Source: Mustelus asterias
Lineage: Eukaryota
Length of the DNA stretch: 64,000 nt
NCBI RefSeq assembly: GCF_964213995.1
Contig: NC_135830.1
Coordinates: 14,756,001 to 14,820,000, forward strand
Direction of reading: 5' to 3'
In this document: positions 13,280 to 26,305 of the stretch, in pieces
How the letters are laid out: every line of letters starts with the position of its first letter
How positions within the stretch are numbered: position 1 is the first letter of the stretch
The notes under the pieces: generated by a model
The model's database searches: none
What the model saw: the letters and a program-made list of their open reading frames with translations, nothing else
What the model was told of the DNA's origin: nothing
Translations under genes and position numbers: made by a program

Positions 13280-15110
13280 GAGCCTCTGCTTCTGTCTGTA
13301 TTATACTAGGCCGTGCCTCGATCACGTTACAGCAGGACCTAGCTCAGCTTACTCTGCACTCAGCTTAACATATCAGCTGTTCATATACAAGGCCAAGGCT
13401 CTACTTACATGATACTTTCTTAGTTATGACTGCATGGAACAAGGTCTCGATTAATTTGGCAAGAGGCTGTGTCTCAATTCTTACTACATCAGAACGTTTA
13501 TCTGTGTATCCTGAACTGGAATCACACCCTTCTTGCATTACACACTGTTCGGTCACAGTTATTACTCTAATAGCTCATTTAATTCTAATAAACTGGATTC
13601 TGTTTTCATTAATGCTACATCAGTCCATATATTTTTTATTGAACACCATGCTCTGTCTACAATATTATTGGATTATGTGACTCCTCCAATTGCTGCATTG
13701 TACATATCTCAGAGTGTACCATTCTAGATACCACATCAATAATTACTATTAATGCACTCTCTTTGTCTCAGTTTATTTCGGTCTATGTCCTGTATCAATA
13801 ATTGACGCTAAGACATTAGGCTCCATCACAGTTAATATCACACAAACCTCTGTATCCAGTTAAACTGCACTAGACACCGTCTCGATTTTTCTTGTCAGAG
13901 ACGATGTCATTCACATTTCTCAATGTTCGTGTCATGGGATGTGGATGTCACTGGAAAGACCAGTGTTTAGCCTTTAACTAGCCCAGAAGGTACTTGGCAC
14001 GACCTCATTTCTATTTTACAGGATTAGGCCTCTGTTTAAATTAAAATTGACCCTATCAGTGTTAAACTAATAGCTCATTAAATTCTAATGAACTCGATCC
14101 TGACCAAAACATAATTTAGAACATTGAACATTACATCGCAGTACAGGCCCTTCGGCCCTCGATGTTGCGCCGACCTGTGAACCCAATCTAAAGCACATCT
14201 AACCTACACTATTCCAATATCATCCTTATGTTCATCCAACGACCATTTAAATGCCCTTAATGTTGGCGAGTCCACTACTGTTGCAGGCAGGGCATTCCAC
14301 GCCCTTACTACTCTTTGAATGAAGAACCTACCTCTGACATCTTTCCTATATCTATCACCCCTCAATTTAAAGCTATATCCCCTCGTGCTAGCCATCACAA
14401 TCCGAGGAAAAATGCTCTCACTGTCCAACCTATCTAATCCTCTGATCACCTTGCGTGCCTCTACTAAGTCACCTCTTAACCTTCTTCTCTCTAATGAAAA
14501 CAGCCTCATGTACCTCAGCATTTCCTCATAAGACCTTCCCACCATACCAGACAACATCCTGATAAATCTCCTCTGCACCCTCTCCAATGCTTCCACATCC
14601 TTCCTATAACGTGGCGACCAGAACTGTATGCAATACTCCAAGTGCGGCCGCACCAGGGTATTGTACAGCTGCAACATGGCTCATGGCTCCGAAACTCAAT
14701 CCCTCTACCAACAAAAGCTAACACACCTACGCCTTCTTAACAACCCTATCAACCTGGGTGCCAACTTTAAGGGATCTGTACACATGGACACCGAGATCTC
14801 TCTGCTCATCCACTTTACCGAGTATCTTACCATTAGCCCAGTACTCTGTATTCCTGTTACTCCTACCAAAGTGAATCACCTCACACGTTTCCGCATTAAA
14901 CTCCATTTGCCACCTCTCAGCCCAGCTCTGCAGCTTATCTATGTCCCAATGTATGTCCTATGCCCCAATCTACGTCCTATGTTTATATTGCACTAGACAC
15001 GATCCCTGTGTATATAATATGTAATCCGAATTCTGTCTGTATTTCATTAGATCAGGACATTGCTATAACTACACTAGACTATGCCTCTGTTTGAATTGTG
15101 GCTGCATTAT
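13280..15110 (-). repeat. Degenerate ~27-bp minisatellite, reverse orientation (interrupted by CR1)
   Basis: Recurring ACTAGAC...GTCTC...TTTATATTAC-like units, reverse complement of the arrays at 15370-15760 and 35440-36200. Confidence 0.55.
14118..14947 (-). mobile_element. CR1 3' fragment
   Basis: ORF 14204..14677; same subfamily as 41241-42187; absent from duplicate B. Confidence 0.95.
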
Positions 15111-15369
15111 TCCACGGTTTTGCATGGAGAAGAGATAAATGATACATTATTATGTTGCGATAAAAATATTCGTATGCAACAGGATGCTGAAACGAGCAGT
15201 ATGTATCAACAGTGCATGCCAAACGGGGTATTGTAGTCACCAGAATAAGAATTTAGATCTCTTCTTCTGTTAGAGTGCCCAAGCCAAATTTCTACTCCAC
15301 AGAGTTGTATGTTGGATGATGCAGACAATTGTGTTCCCCAGCCACTTTCCACATTATAGGGCATTATAA

Positions 15370-15760
15370 CTGAGGCCGTCTGCAATGTAATATAAATATG
15401 GACATGATCAATTGCAGAATTGAGGCTGAATCTAGTTTGATACAAATAGAGACAGGTCAAGATAATATAGACGAATCAGGGTCTAGTTTAGTATAAGTAG
15501 GGACATGGGGACGTGTAATATAAACGGACATGGTTCCCTGTTTTATACGAACAAGAAAATATATTCTATTCAAGATAAATAGAGACAGGTTCTAGTGAAA
15601 TATAAAATGAAGCAGGGCCTAATTCAATTCGAACTGATACAGCGGCAAATTATTTCAATATAAACATAGACTTGTTTTCCTTGTGCAATTTTGAGACAGG
15701 GCCTACTGTCCCATGAACTATTCCCAGGGAAGAAGTAACATGGGACTAGGTATAGAACAT
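15370..15760 (+). repeat. Degenerate ~27-bp minisatellite (consensus ~GTAATATAAAYAGAGACAGGGTCTAGT)
   Basis: Successive units e.g. gtaatataaatatggacatgatcaatt, ttagtataagtagggacatggggacgt. Confidence 0.6.
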
Positions 15761-15779
15761 AAGGCTCTTTCTTCATCGC

Positions 15780-16265
15780 CACATTAAACACTCTCAAGGG
15801 TGGTGCAGCACGGGTTAGATACGAAGAGAAATTCTCTGGAAACTGGCAAGCATTCCCAGAACCGGTCGACTGTTTAGAAACACAGTGAAACTCCCTCTCT
15901 AAAGTCCGCTCAAGCACAAAGAAGGCATGCAGACCAGGAGTTCTATGCTAGGAAATGTCTCTTCTGCGCTCTTTGAGATTCTCGAGGTAGATAGCCATTG
16001 GTTGTTCGGCACAGTGTAAAGCGCCATCTTTGCAGTTCAATCAAACGCACCCAGGCCTCGTACAACAGAGATTAAATTTCCCATTACAAAGTCATATCGA
16101 ACATTTGCGGGGCAGCTACAGTGCAGGTTAGATGCAGGGTAAATATTCCTATGCACTGTCGAATAAAAACCTCCAAGGGGAGGGACAGCATGGTTTAGAT
16201 CAAGGGAAAGTTCCTCCGGTACTACCATATCAAATCGTCACCACTACGAACAGCCCAGGTTAGGT
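15780..16265 (+). repeat. Degenerate ~60-bp tandem repeat (ACAGCACGGGTTAGATACAG...CTCCCTCT-type)
   Basis: Recurrent gcacgggttagatac / gcaggttagatgcag / gcatggtttagatc; paralogous array at 26860-27125. Confidence 0.5.
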
Positions 16266-17129
16266 AATGAGGAAAATCTCCACTATAATTCTATCAGATA
16301 CTCCAAGGTCATTGAATGCTCAACATATTTTTTGGGAAAACTCCCTCTGGGAATTCCAGTCAATTGAATTAGATCATTTTGTTCCGGGTGAAAGAATATA
16401 TTGGGCAGATATTGACTTAATATTGTGGAGTGAAGACAATGATCCATCATGGAAAGACAAGACACGGAGAGAGATTAAACACAGGAAATCTTCACAAACA
16501 TACTTGCCGTGTCATTTTATTCCTAGATTAGAGGGAACATTTCTTAATTCTGAACATTGATATCTAATGACGCAACAAAATGTCGAAAAGCAATCGCTGC
16601 TCGAATCCGTTGATTTATTTACATGTTTGCCTTTATTTCTGTGCTTTTGGCGGGGAAATATTTGCTGTATTTTTGTCAGTGAACAATCTTATTTGGGAAT
16701 TCTACTTCTGTGTTTATTTACATAAATACCAAACTGGCAGCAATGAAAATTGTTTATAGCAACACAACCAAGTGACAACCAATCAGTTCTTTATTCAACA
16801 CAATTGCAGTGTATTTTTTTTTAGCATATCGGCAGTTGGTTCAAAATCAATAGAAATTTCTAGAACATTCATTAGACCAGATGATATTTTATTTAAATAA
16901 AATATACATTCCAATTAAGAATTCGTTTTGAAAGCTCTGATGTCACAACAAATAAAGCATCTGTGAACAGGTTGGTATTCCACAATGTATCAGTCTGATT
17001 GACGATAATCTCGATAAACTGAGCAAGTTAAAGCATGTGAATAACATTCCTGTCAGAAATAGTGATCACGCTCACATCGAGAGAAGGATAGGAAATCCAG
17101 AATGAGTATCACTACAGAGGTTAAGTTAT

Positions 17130-17455
17130 ACTTGCTGCGTCACGGCGACAGGGAAGCGGGTTCAATTGCAGCCTTGGGTGACTGCACGTTCTCCCCAAGT
17201 CCATGTGAGTTTAACCCGGGTGCTCCAATTTTTGCTTACTGCCCAAAGATGTTCAGGGTAGTTGGATTGGCCATGCTAAATTGCCCCTTGGTGTCCAAGG
17301 ATGTGCAGGATGGGGGGAATAGCGGGTGTATATGTGGGGTTGCGGGAATAGAGTAGAGGATGGGCTTGGTAGGATGCTATGATGGTGAGCCAGTGTAGAC
17401 TCAATGGGACTTATGGCCTCCTTCTGCACTGTAGGGATTCTATGATACTATGATC
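17130..17455 (+). mobile_element. HE1-type SINE
   Basis: B-box GGGTTCAATTGC, central domain, ATTCTATG tail. Confidence 0.85.
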
Positions 17456-18769
17456 AGGCAGAGAGGTAGCTGCAATTGCATGAATTCTCGAGCTTTCAAC
17501 ATATCAAAAGTTGCATTTTATAATGTTAATTTGGAAATAACTTGTATTTTTAAAACGCTTTACCTGGCCCTATTTCGTTCCAAAACATTTATAACTCACT
17601 AATGTACCTCTGCTGAATTTAGTCACTGCTGTAATGTTAGAAATCCAGCAGGCAATTTGTGCACAGCAAGCTCCCATACACCGAAATATGATAAATCACC
17701 AGTGCATTTGCGATTTTAGTTGAGGAATGGACATTTGTCCAGGATACTCGGAAGAAATGTCGTACTCATAAGAATTATATCAATGTGAATTTACATCCTT
17801 TCATCGACCTGAAATGTGAATCTCTTTCTCTCTCTGCTGATGCCCACTAACATGCTGAGCAACATTTCGTGTTGTTGTTTTTGTAGATTTCCGTAATCTG
17901 CAGTACTTTGTCCTGTTTTAATTCATTCTCTGGATGCGAGCATTACTGACAAAGTCAACATTGATTGTCCATCCTAACAAGGCAGTCGTGAACTATTTTT
18001 TGTTTGAAAACCTGTCCTCTGGTCGGCTTTATTATTGCTTGATTTCTGGAGCAGCTTTGATACAAGTGGATGTCTTTTTCGGCTAAAAGTCATTTTCATC
18101 GCTGTGGAAATGGAATCAAATGTAGGACAGACGGGGTAAACTTGGGAATATTTGATTTTCAGGCTCTTCACTTCCAAAGCGAAGATTTTGTTTGACATGT
18201 GTTTGGGCGAATAAAATTAATTAAGGGGAATTTCACAGTAGGTTCATTGCAGTGTTAATGTAAGCCTGACTTGTGACTATTCAATAAATAAATATTAAAA
18301 ACTTATTAATAAATTAATTCGGAATCCCTGGGGCATATGTGTTGGAGGATGATCCAGGACTACCGTCCTGAAGAAGACACTCGAGACCCTGCCCAGGAAC
18401 ATGTCAGACTCAAGCCATCGAATTGCTGCCGATTATTTAAATCAGTCTCAGGGAGTTTCCGGGACGCCCTGTCGCTGCCTTTGGCTGAGTCAACACGACT
18501 CCGCCTGGCAACTGTGAAACTATATCAAAACCCCGAGGAATAATCCTGGTGAAATGATTACAGTCTCTGAAACATTGCAGACCAACACTGAGACAGTAAC
18601 GTGAGATCCATTGTAATCTCTCTGCTGAACCTAAATGCGAAATTGCATTTGAGCATCTGTTAGTTAAAAAAATAACATTCGAAATTAAGTCTCTTTATTT
18701 CTGCAGCACTTGACAAATGAATTGACATAAACAAGATTAAATTATCTTATCAGGGAAAATACATCAGTT

Positions 18770-19090
18770 GAAACAGTTGGAAGCTTTTTCCCAGGGCAGA
18801 AATGACAATTAACAAGGGGGCACAATATCAAGCTAAGCGGGGAAAGCTTCAGTGGAGATGTGCGGGGTAAGTTTTTTTTTCGCAGATAGTGGTGGGGGCA
18901 TGGAATGAACTGCCAAGTGATGTGGTTGAGGCAGACACTTTAGCAATATTGAATACTTATCTGGATTACACATATGAACATACGGGGAATAGAGGGATAC
19001 AGGCGGTTTGTCTGGATAGGACAACGTGATCGGCGCAGGGTTGGAGGGCCGAAAGGCCTGTTCCTATGCTGCACTGTTCTTTGTTCTTTG
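18770..19090 (+). mobile_element. CR1 3' fragment
   Basis: 3' UTR GGAGGGCCGAAAGGCCTGTTCC and (TTCTTTG)n tail. Confidence 0.85.
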
Positions 19091-19901
19091 ATTTGCAACA
19101 ATTCCGTGTCTCGAACACATTACACAAACAAAACATAATTTATTAGATAAATTCTTAAAGAAACATGTGACTAGATGTGCGGATGAACGAAAGTGATGCT
19201 ATTTGCAGTGCCGATGACTTTCGCTGTAATTTGGGATTGGATATAAGAAGAAACTCCTTTTATTATAGAATTTTTCTCCTTATATTTCTCGAACAGCCAC
19301 TTAACCCTGTGGAAATTAGTGGTGAAATAAAGCCAGTTGACTTATAATTATATAGTGAGTTGACAGAGAATCATAAAATTGAAATCGACTTTTGACAGAG
19401 ACGTTAATGAATCGGAACGGACAGGGCGATCCGTAAAGTTCTCCTTCAGCATCCAAATCATTGCAGCTCATTTTATTGGCCACTGGCTGTCTAACATTCG
19501 CTGGTATTCGGAACAAAAGATATCACGCTTTGTGGCATATTGCCCAATATCACGCGAATAAGTGTTTTGTCTTCCATTGAATCAGGTTCTGAACTTGTCA
19601 TTTCTCCACTCATTGGCAGCTATGAGAGCGATGAGAGCAGCTATGAGAGCGATGTTCAAATCACATTGCACTGTCGAACAGTACCCAGTGTTAAACAGGT
19701 ACAAGAGACGATGCCATTGAAATGATGTGCTGAACTCTGAGAATATCCCAGGAATCCCCGCTGTTCAAGGCAGTTTTATGGTTTTAATTTTATTTCTATT
19801 CCTTTTTTGCCACTACACTGATCTCATTAGGCTGGGGATTTGGGACCATCAACATTTCTCCCTCGCATTTTCATGAAGTTGTTTGCAAAAAGGCTTTAAT
19901 T

Positions 19902-20040
19902 GCTTTGACAACGGGCCATCTGGACTCGAAACATCAGCTCCTTTCTCTCCTGACAGATGTTGCCAGACCTATTGAGATTTTCCAGCATTGTCCTTTGGTT
20001 TCAGATGCCAGCATCCGCAGTAATTTGCTTTTATCCAGGC
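19902..20040 (+). mobile_element. Short pLTR-like repeat with decayed U3-A8 hammerhead motif (19902-19938)
   Basis: GCU-UUGACAA-C-GGGCC-AUCUG-GACUC-GAAA-CA-UC-AGC then CAGATGTTGCCAGACCT...TTTTCCAGCA; homologous to 45778-45909 and 40984-41080. Confidence 0.6.
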
Positions 20041-20199
20041 TTTAATTATTGGAATGACATTTACTTGGAAGTTGTACAAATAAAAAATCATCTTGCCAAT
20101 TTATATTTTCCGATAGTATTTAATCACAGAATGAACATGACATTTATTTAAAACATTTGTTTAGATGGTTGAGATGAGAATGAAACATTTATTGTTTAA

Positions 20200-20560
20200 A
20201 TGGCTGAATCTTATTTTGTCCATTCGGATTCCCGCTAATCTGTTCCACACAGTATTTGGCAGCAATCCAGCCTGCTGCCCAATGCCCAAAGTTGTTTACA
20301 GGAAGCATCTTGGGGTGTTGTTCAGTAAATCAAAGATGTTTTAACTTAGTACTTAAGCCAACTTCAAACTCTTCGGATTGTCAATGAGGACTATTTATAA
20401 ACAAACCTAGCCTGCAATGGTACTGCGGACAATTAAATTTTCCTACGTTGTAAACCTATATGAATTATTCTCATCTCTCAAGAAAGGAAGGTTATCCAGC
20501 TTCTCTGACACGATACTGGTACCAAAGGAATTCTATCCAACACATCTGAACATTGTGATG
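20200..20560 (-). pseudogene. Unidentified pseudo-exon (copy B)
   Basis: EKLDNLPFLRDENNSYRFTT*...IFDLLN...KMLPVNNFGHWAAGWIAAKYCVEQ with stops and frameshifts. Confidence 0.35.
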
Positions 20561-21814
20561 GACAGACAGAAATACATACAGGCAGACTGTGATAGTTGAC
20601 TCGGAGAGAAATTACATGTTGTATACATAAATATGTATGTTTGTGTTTTCTTTCCCTTTATTCTTCCATGGGCTGTGGAAAGTCTTGCAACACCAGCATT
20701 TGTTTCCTCTCCCTAATTCCCTTGAAATGATTGGTTTTCTAGGCCGTTTCAGAAGGCATTGACGAGGCTGCCACATTTCTGTCAGTCTGGAGAAACATCC
20801 TGGTGAGAACAGGTGGCATGGCAGATTTCCTTAATTGGTGAATCAGAGAGGTGTCCATGATCACCATTCTTCTGTATTCCAAATGTATTAATTGAATTCA
20901 AATTAAACCAGCTGCCATGGTCAGATTTAACTCGTGTCCCCATAGCATCAGCCTGGGCGTCTTGCATTAATATTACACCATCATCTTTCCTAAAATCAAC
21001 AAATGGTTGTGTTGATGCAGGAATGAATGATATTTGGATGCCTGGTTATTTTGTTTGAGGAACCAGTGAATGGAATGATGGATGTAACGATCGATGATTT
21101 TTGAATTTTGCTGTTCTCGACGCTCATATTTGTGCTTGACTACTTCAGAAATTGATGCAGATTTTGTATTTCATTTGTGTCAGTCGATAAGCTTCAGTCC
21201 TTCCAGCTTTTCTGGGTTAATTTCACCCCCGGGCTAACGGGAACAAACGAGATGAACCTGTTTGAGAGGAGTCTGGAGATATTCCTGCGGCACTCATGTT
21301 TTTGTATTTCCTCTGCTGATTGTCTTCATATCTTCATAAACAAGATAGAAAGAGGGAACATAATTAGGTTGAGGTGGGAGGATTGTAATATTTGGAACAT
21401 GTGGCCCTTTCATATGCAACAAATCACTCAGCTTATCGTCAATCATATTGGGGAAGTAACAGGCTAAAAACTTAATAATATGGAACAGGAACATAGCGAA
21501 AGTTACTGGACAGATGCAATTTTTCAATTGCGTTCCAAAACAATGTAACAAAAAATCGGGATTTTAAGATTCCAAAACTCCACATAGTTTCAGTTATACA
21601 GTCGCTTGAAAAAACGGATCGCACGCCCCAGTTATATATCGTGAGTTTCTGTGTGATGATGAGGTGATCACTTGTCAATGAAGTGCAGAGGCTGCTGGGT
21701 AGCTGGTCATTATCCTCGGTCTGAATTACTTTATTTTCCCATTGAATTCTGGAACAGATTTGATTCACAGAAAGGCCAATGTGGTCTCAATAAGTTTGAA
21801 TCTCAATTAATTAT

Positions 21815-22810
21815 ATCAAAAGGTGCATGGTCCACTGTTATTTGTTATTTATATTCATGGTTTGCATGAGCATTTATGGGGCATCATTAGTAAGTTTGTC
21901 GGTGACACCAAGAATGGTGGCATCGTGGACAGTAAAGAAGGTTATCTCGGATTGCAACCGGATCTTGATCAATTGGGCCAGTGGGCCGATAAATGGCAGG
22001 TGGAGTTTCATTCAGAAAAATATGAGGTGATGCATTTTGGTAGCTCGATTCGGGGCCGGACCTACTCAGTTAATGTCCGGGCGTTGCGGAGAATTATAGA
22101 ACAAATAGATCGAGGAGTACAGGTTAATAGCTCCTTGAAAGTGGAGTCACAAGTAGACAAGGTCGTGCAAAATGCATTCAGCATGCTTGGTGTCATTGGT
22201 CAGAACATTAAATACAGGAGTTGGGACCTCTTGTTGAAGGTGTACAAGACATTGGTAAGGCCACACTTAGAATACAGTATACAGTTCTGGTCAGCCTGTT
22301 ATAGAAATGATATTATTAAACCAGAAATAGTGCAGTGAATGTATTTACTAAGACGCTACATTGACTTAATGGTTTCAGTTAGAACGAGAGGCTAGATCGC
22401 CAGCACCTTTTTTTCCCTGGAGCGTCTGAGGCTTAGGGGTGATCATATAGAGGTCTATAAAATAATGAGGGGCATGACTAAGGCAGACAGTCAAAATCAA
22501 TTCCCAAAGGTAGGGGAGTCTAAAACTAGAGGGCATAGGTTTAAGGTGAGAGGGGAGAAATACGAAAGTGTCTCGAGGGGCAATTCTGGTGACTGTCTGG
22601 AACGAGCTGCCAGGGCATTAGTAGAGGGGGGTACAATTTGGTATTTTAAAAAGCATCAAACTTTTGCTTGGCTAAGATTAGTATAGAGGGATAGGGACCA
22701 AATGCAGGCAATTGGGATCGGCTTCGTGGGAAAATCTGAGCGCATGGGCAAGTTGTGGCGAAAGGGCTGTTTCTATATTGTAAACCTCGATAACTCTATA
22801 ACTCTATATG
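21815..22810 (+). mobile_element. CR1 3' fragment
   Basis: ORF 21823..22338 [23 protein letters not shown]; (ACTCTATA)n tail. Confidence 0.95.
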
Positions 22811-23564
22811 AATTGAAATTATATTTTGTATGAAATAAAATGCTGCAAATAATTGGTGAAATTGTTTTTACCATTGTGAATTAATGATAATTTACAATAA
22901 TTATTTATCTTTGTGAATTGATAATGATTCGTGAAAATTGCTTTTTAATCTTTTTGAATTAATATTAATTTGTGAATATAATTATCTATCTTTGTGAATT
23001 GATGATTGTTGGTAATTTTCGCCTCAGGCAATGACCATCTCCAAAAGGAAGAAATCTCCCCATCGCCCCTTGGTACTCAATCATATTGTGATAGCTGAAA
23101 TACGCACTAAAAACTTCCTCGGCTAACCATTGAATGAACAAGGAATGCAAATGCTCCGGCTGGAATATCAAGTCATCCTGCTGTGAGTAACTTACCCCCT
23201 GACTGCCAAGCCTCTTCAACATCTATAAGGCTCAAGTAAGTACTGTAATGGGGTTCACTCCAGTTGCTTGAATGTGTGCACCTGAGGCAACATTCAAGAA
23301 GCTTTACACAATTCAGGAGAAAGCAGCCAGCTTGACTGGCACAGCATTTGCAAACATACACTCCCTGTCCTAGAGACAAACAATAGCAGCATTGTGTGCC
23401 ATATGCAAGATTCACTTCAAGAACTTGCCAAGGCTCCTTAGGTTGCACTTTCCAAACACACGACAGTTCCCATCTGGAAGCACAAGGGGAAAAGGACACT
23501 GGGGCATCACCTAGAAATTCCCCTCCAAGTCATTCATGTACCTGACTTGGAAATATATCGTCCT

Positions 23565-24125
23565 GATCTGTGGCGCAACTCCATGTACCTTCCCGAGGCC
23601 CATAATCCTTGCTACCTCTGCTCTGTAAATTATTGCCTTTCTCAGACTTAAACCTAACAATTGAACCAGCATCCAGCGCCATTTATGGAAGAGAGATCCA
23701 AATCGCTGCCACTCTGCGTGTCGAAGTGTTCTATAAAGTCGCTCTTGAACGGCTTGGCACTAATTCTTAGAACGCGACCCTCTGTTCTAGAGCCTTCAAC
23801 TGGTGGAAACACTTTATCCTTATTCACCCTGTCCTTCAATATAAATATTTTGTGGGCATCTATCAGAGATCCACTCAACCTTCTGAATGCGGGAGAATAA
23901 CGGTCTAATTTGTCTCATCTCTCCTCATAGCGTTACCCCTGTTATCCAGCTGCCATTCTTGTAAAACCTGCGTTGAACCCCCTCCAGAGCGACAACATCC
24001 TTCCATATGGTGCCCATGTCTGCTCACAGTACTCCAAGTGGGGTCTATCTAGGTTTTTGCACATCTGCAGCGCAACATCTGTATCCCTAAACTCCGGTCT
24101 TTTAGGCATGAAAGCCAGCATTCAG
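23565..24125 (-). mobile_element. Decayed CR1 fragment
   Basis: ORF 23654..23878 resembles ORF2 C-terminus. Confidence 0.75.
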
Positions 24126-24134
24126 TTGACAACT

Positions 24135-24700
24135 AAGGCCACACTTGGAACACTGTGTGCAGTTCTGGTCACCCTATTATCGACAGGATATTATTAAACT
24201 AGAAAGAGTGCAGAAAAGATTTACTAGGATGCTACCGGGACTTGATGATTTGTGTTATAAAGAGAGGCTGGATAGACTGTGACTTGTTTCTCTGGAGCGT
24301 AGGAGGCTTAGGGGAGATCTTATGGACGTCCATAAAATAATGAGGGGCATAGATCAGCTAGGTAGTCAATATCTTTTGCCAAATGTGGGGGAGATTAAAA
24401 CTCGAAGGCATGGGTTTAAGGTGAGAGGGGAGAGATACAAAGCTGTCCAGAGGGGCATTTGTTTTTCACACAGAGGGTGGTGAGTGTCTGGAACAAGCTG
24501 ATAGAGGTAATAGTAGAGGCGGGTACAATTTTGTCTTTTAAAAAGCATTTAGACAGTTACGTGGGTAAGATGGGTATAGAGGGCTATGGGCCAAATGCGT
24601 GCAATTGGGACGAGCTTAGGGGTTTAAAAAAAAGGCGGCATGGACAAGTTGGGCTGAAGGACCTGCTTCCATGCTATAAACCTCTAAAATCTCTAAATCT
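24135..24700 (+). mobile_element. CR1 3' fragment
   Basis: FFTQRVVSVWNKL motif; tail at ~24680-24700. Confidence 0.9.
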
Positions 24701-25870
24701 AGAAAGTTAGTCCAGATATCGTGAAAGTCGTTGATTTAATGAGGTGAGGCGAGGATGCCTGCACTTGACATCATCAAAGCACTTGACCGATTATGACATC
24801 AAAATGTTCGAGCAAAACAGCAGTTTATGGGGATCCGGGGGAAAACATTCCACTGGTTGGAGTCATACCAAACACTGAGGAAGATAGTTGTTGTTTTTGT
24901 AGACCAACCATCTCAGTCACAGGGCATTGCTGAAGGAATTCCTCAGTATAGTATCCTCGGCCTAATATTCAGCCTTAATTGCAAGGTCAGACGTGCAATG
25001 CTCAATAATCATTCCACAAACATTGCACATTTGCCACTCCTCAGATGCTGAAGCAGTCGGTCTCCACAAGTGGAAAGACTTAGAAAACATTCAGGCTTTG
25101 GCAAGGAAGTGGAAAGTAACATTCACGCTATACAACTGGCTGGCAATTATACTCTCAGGTAAGAGAGATGCCAACGTTCTCCCTTTGACATTAGATGGCA
25201 TTACGAGCGCTCAAGCCCCCACTATCATCATTCTTGGAATTACTACCGATGGAAAACAACTGGGCAGCAATGTACATAATATTGCTGAAGAGCAGGTCAG
25301 AGGCTGTGAATTGTGTGGCGAGTCACTCACCTTATGAATTCCCAAACACTGCATCATCTACAAGGCAAAGGTCAGGAGTGTGATTGAATATTCTCTACTT
25401 CCTTGATTCTTGCCCCTGAAGCAACACTCAAAAAGCTGAATACCACCCAGCAAAAAGCAGCCGGCTCGATGAATTAACCCATCCACCACTTCAAACTTTC
25501 ACTCCCTGCATAATAGATGCACAATGCTAGCAGTGTTCATCATAGACAATTGGTATAGCAGCAACTGATTCCTTCGTTAGCACTTTCCAAACCCAGCAAC
25601 TCTAACACTTGAAAGGACAAGGGCAGCAGACGCCTGTGAATACAATTACCTGTAAGTAACCATTAAAACCCACACACCATCTTGACTGGGAACTACACCA
25701 TTGTTATTTCACTTTCATTGGATTAACATTTTGCAACTACCTTCCGATCATCACTGTGGGTATATTTACTCAGGATGGAACAAAATGAAGAAGGCTCGCC
25801 ACCATTCCCAAGTGAAATTAGGAATTGGCAAGAAATGTGGATTTTACCAGTGACACCAAAATCCCATTCA
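24700..25870 (+). mobile_element. Old CR1/L2-clade LINE (duplicate of 11650-13250)
   Basis: GIRGKTFHWLESY, GIPQYSILG, DLENIQALARKWKVTF RT motifs. Confidence 0.75.
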
Positions 25871-26019
25871 ATAATTGTAAATATATCAGATCTCTGCTTA
25901 TACACACCCTCCTCCCACACACACTCTGTTTATATTACACCAGGCCATGTCTCTGGTCACATTACAGCAGGCCCTGTTCCATTGTTTCTATACTCGGCTC
26001 AACATCAGTTGTTCATGTC

Positions 26020-26305
26020 CGGGGCGGCGCGGTGCCACAATGGTCAGTACTGATGCCTCACAGCGCCAATTCTAGCCTCGGGTCACTGCCTCTGTGGAGT
26101 TTGCACATTCTCACCGTGTCTGCCTGGGTTTCCTCCCACAGTTCAAAAATGTGGCTTCATGTGGATTGGCCATGCTAAATTGCCCCTTAGTGTCAGGGCT
26201 GTTAAAAGGGTGAATGTGTCGGGTTACGGGGATTGGGTCTGTTGTGGGTGCAGGCTCGATTGGCTAAATGGCCTCCTTCTGCGCTGTGGGGATTCTATGA
26301 TTCTA
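26020..26305 (+). mobile_element. HE1-type SINE
   Basis: GGGGCGGCGCGGTGCCACAATGG head to ATTCTATGATTCTAT tail; absent at the paralogous site in unit A. Confidence 0.85.

Larger units (their letters stand above)
10320..18180. repeat. Segmental duplication, unit A
   Basis: Collinear homology with unit B: 10350/20230, 13290/25925, 13420/26345, 16480/27325, 16840/27710, 17480/27940, 17800/28705, 18100/29000. Confidence 0.85.

Noticed and set aside
16009-16048. CACAGTG heptamer as possible RSS
   Set aside because: No nonamer at 12 or 23 nt, no V framework upstream; lies in a degenerate tandem repeat
18330-19725. Exon-like plus-strand blocks at 18330-18600 and 19297-19725, with a 21-bp tandem duplication at 19616-19654
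   Set aside because: Stops in all frames and no identifiable family
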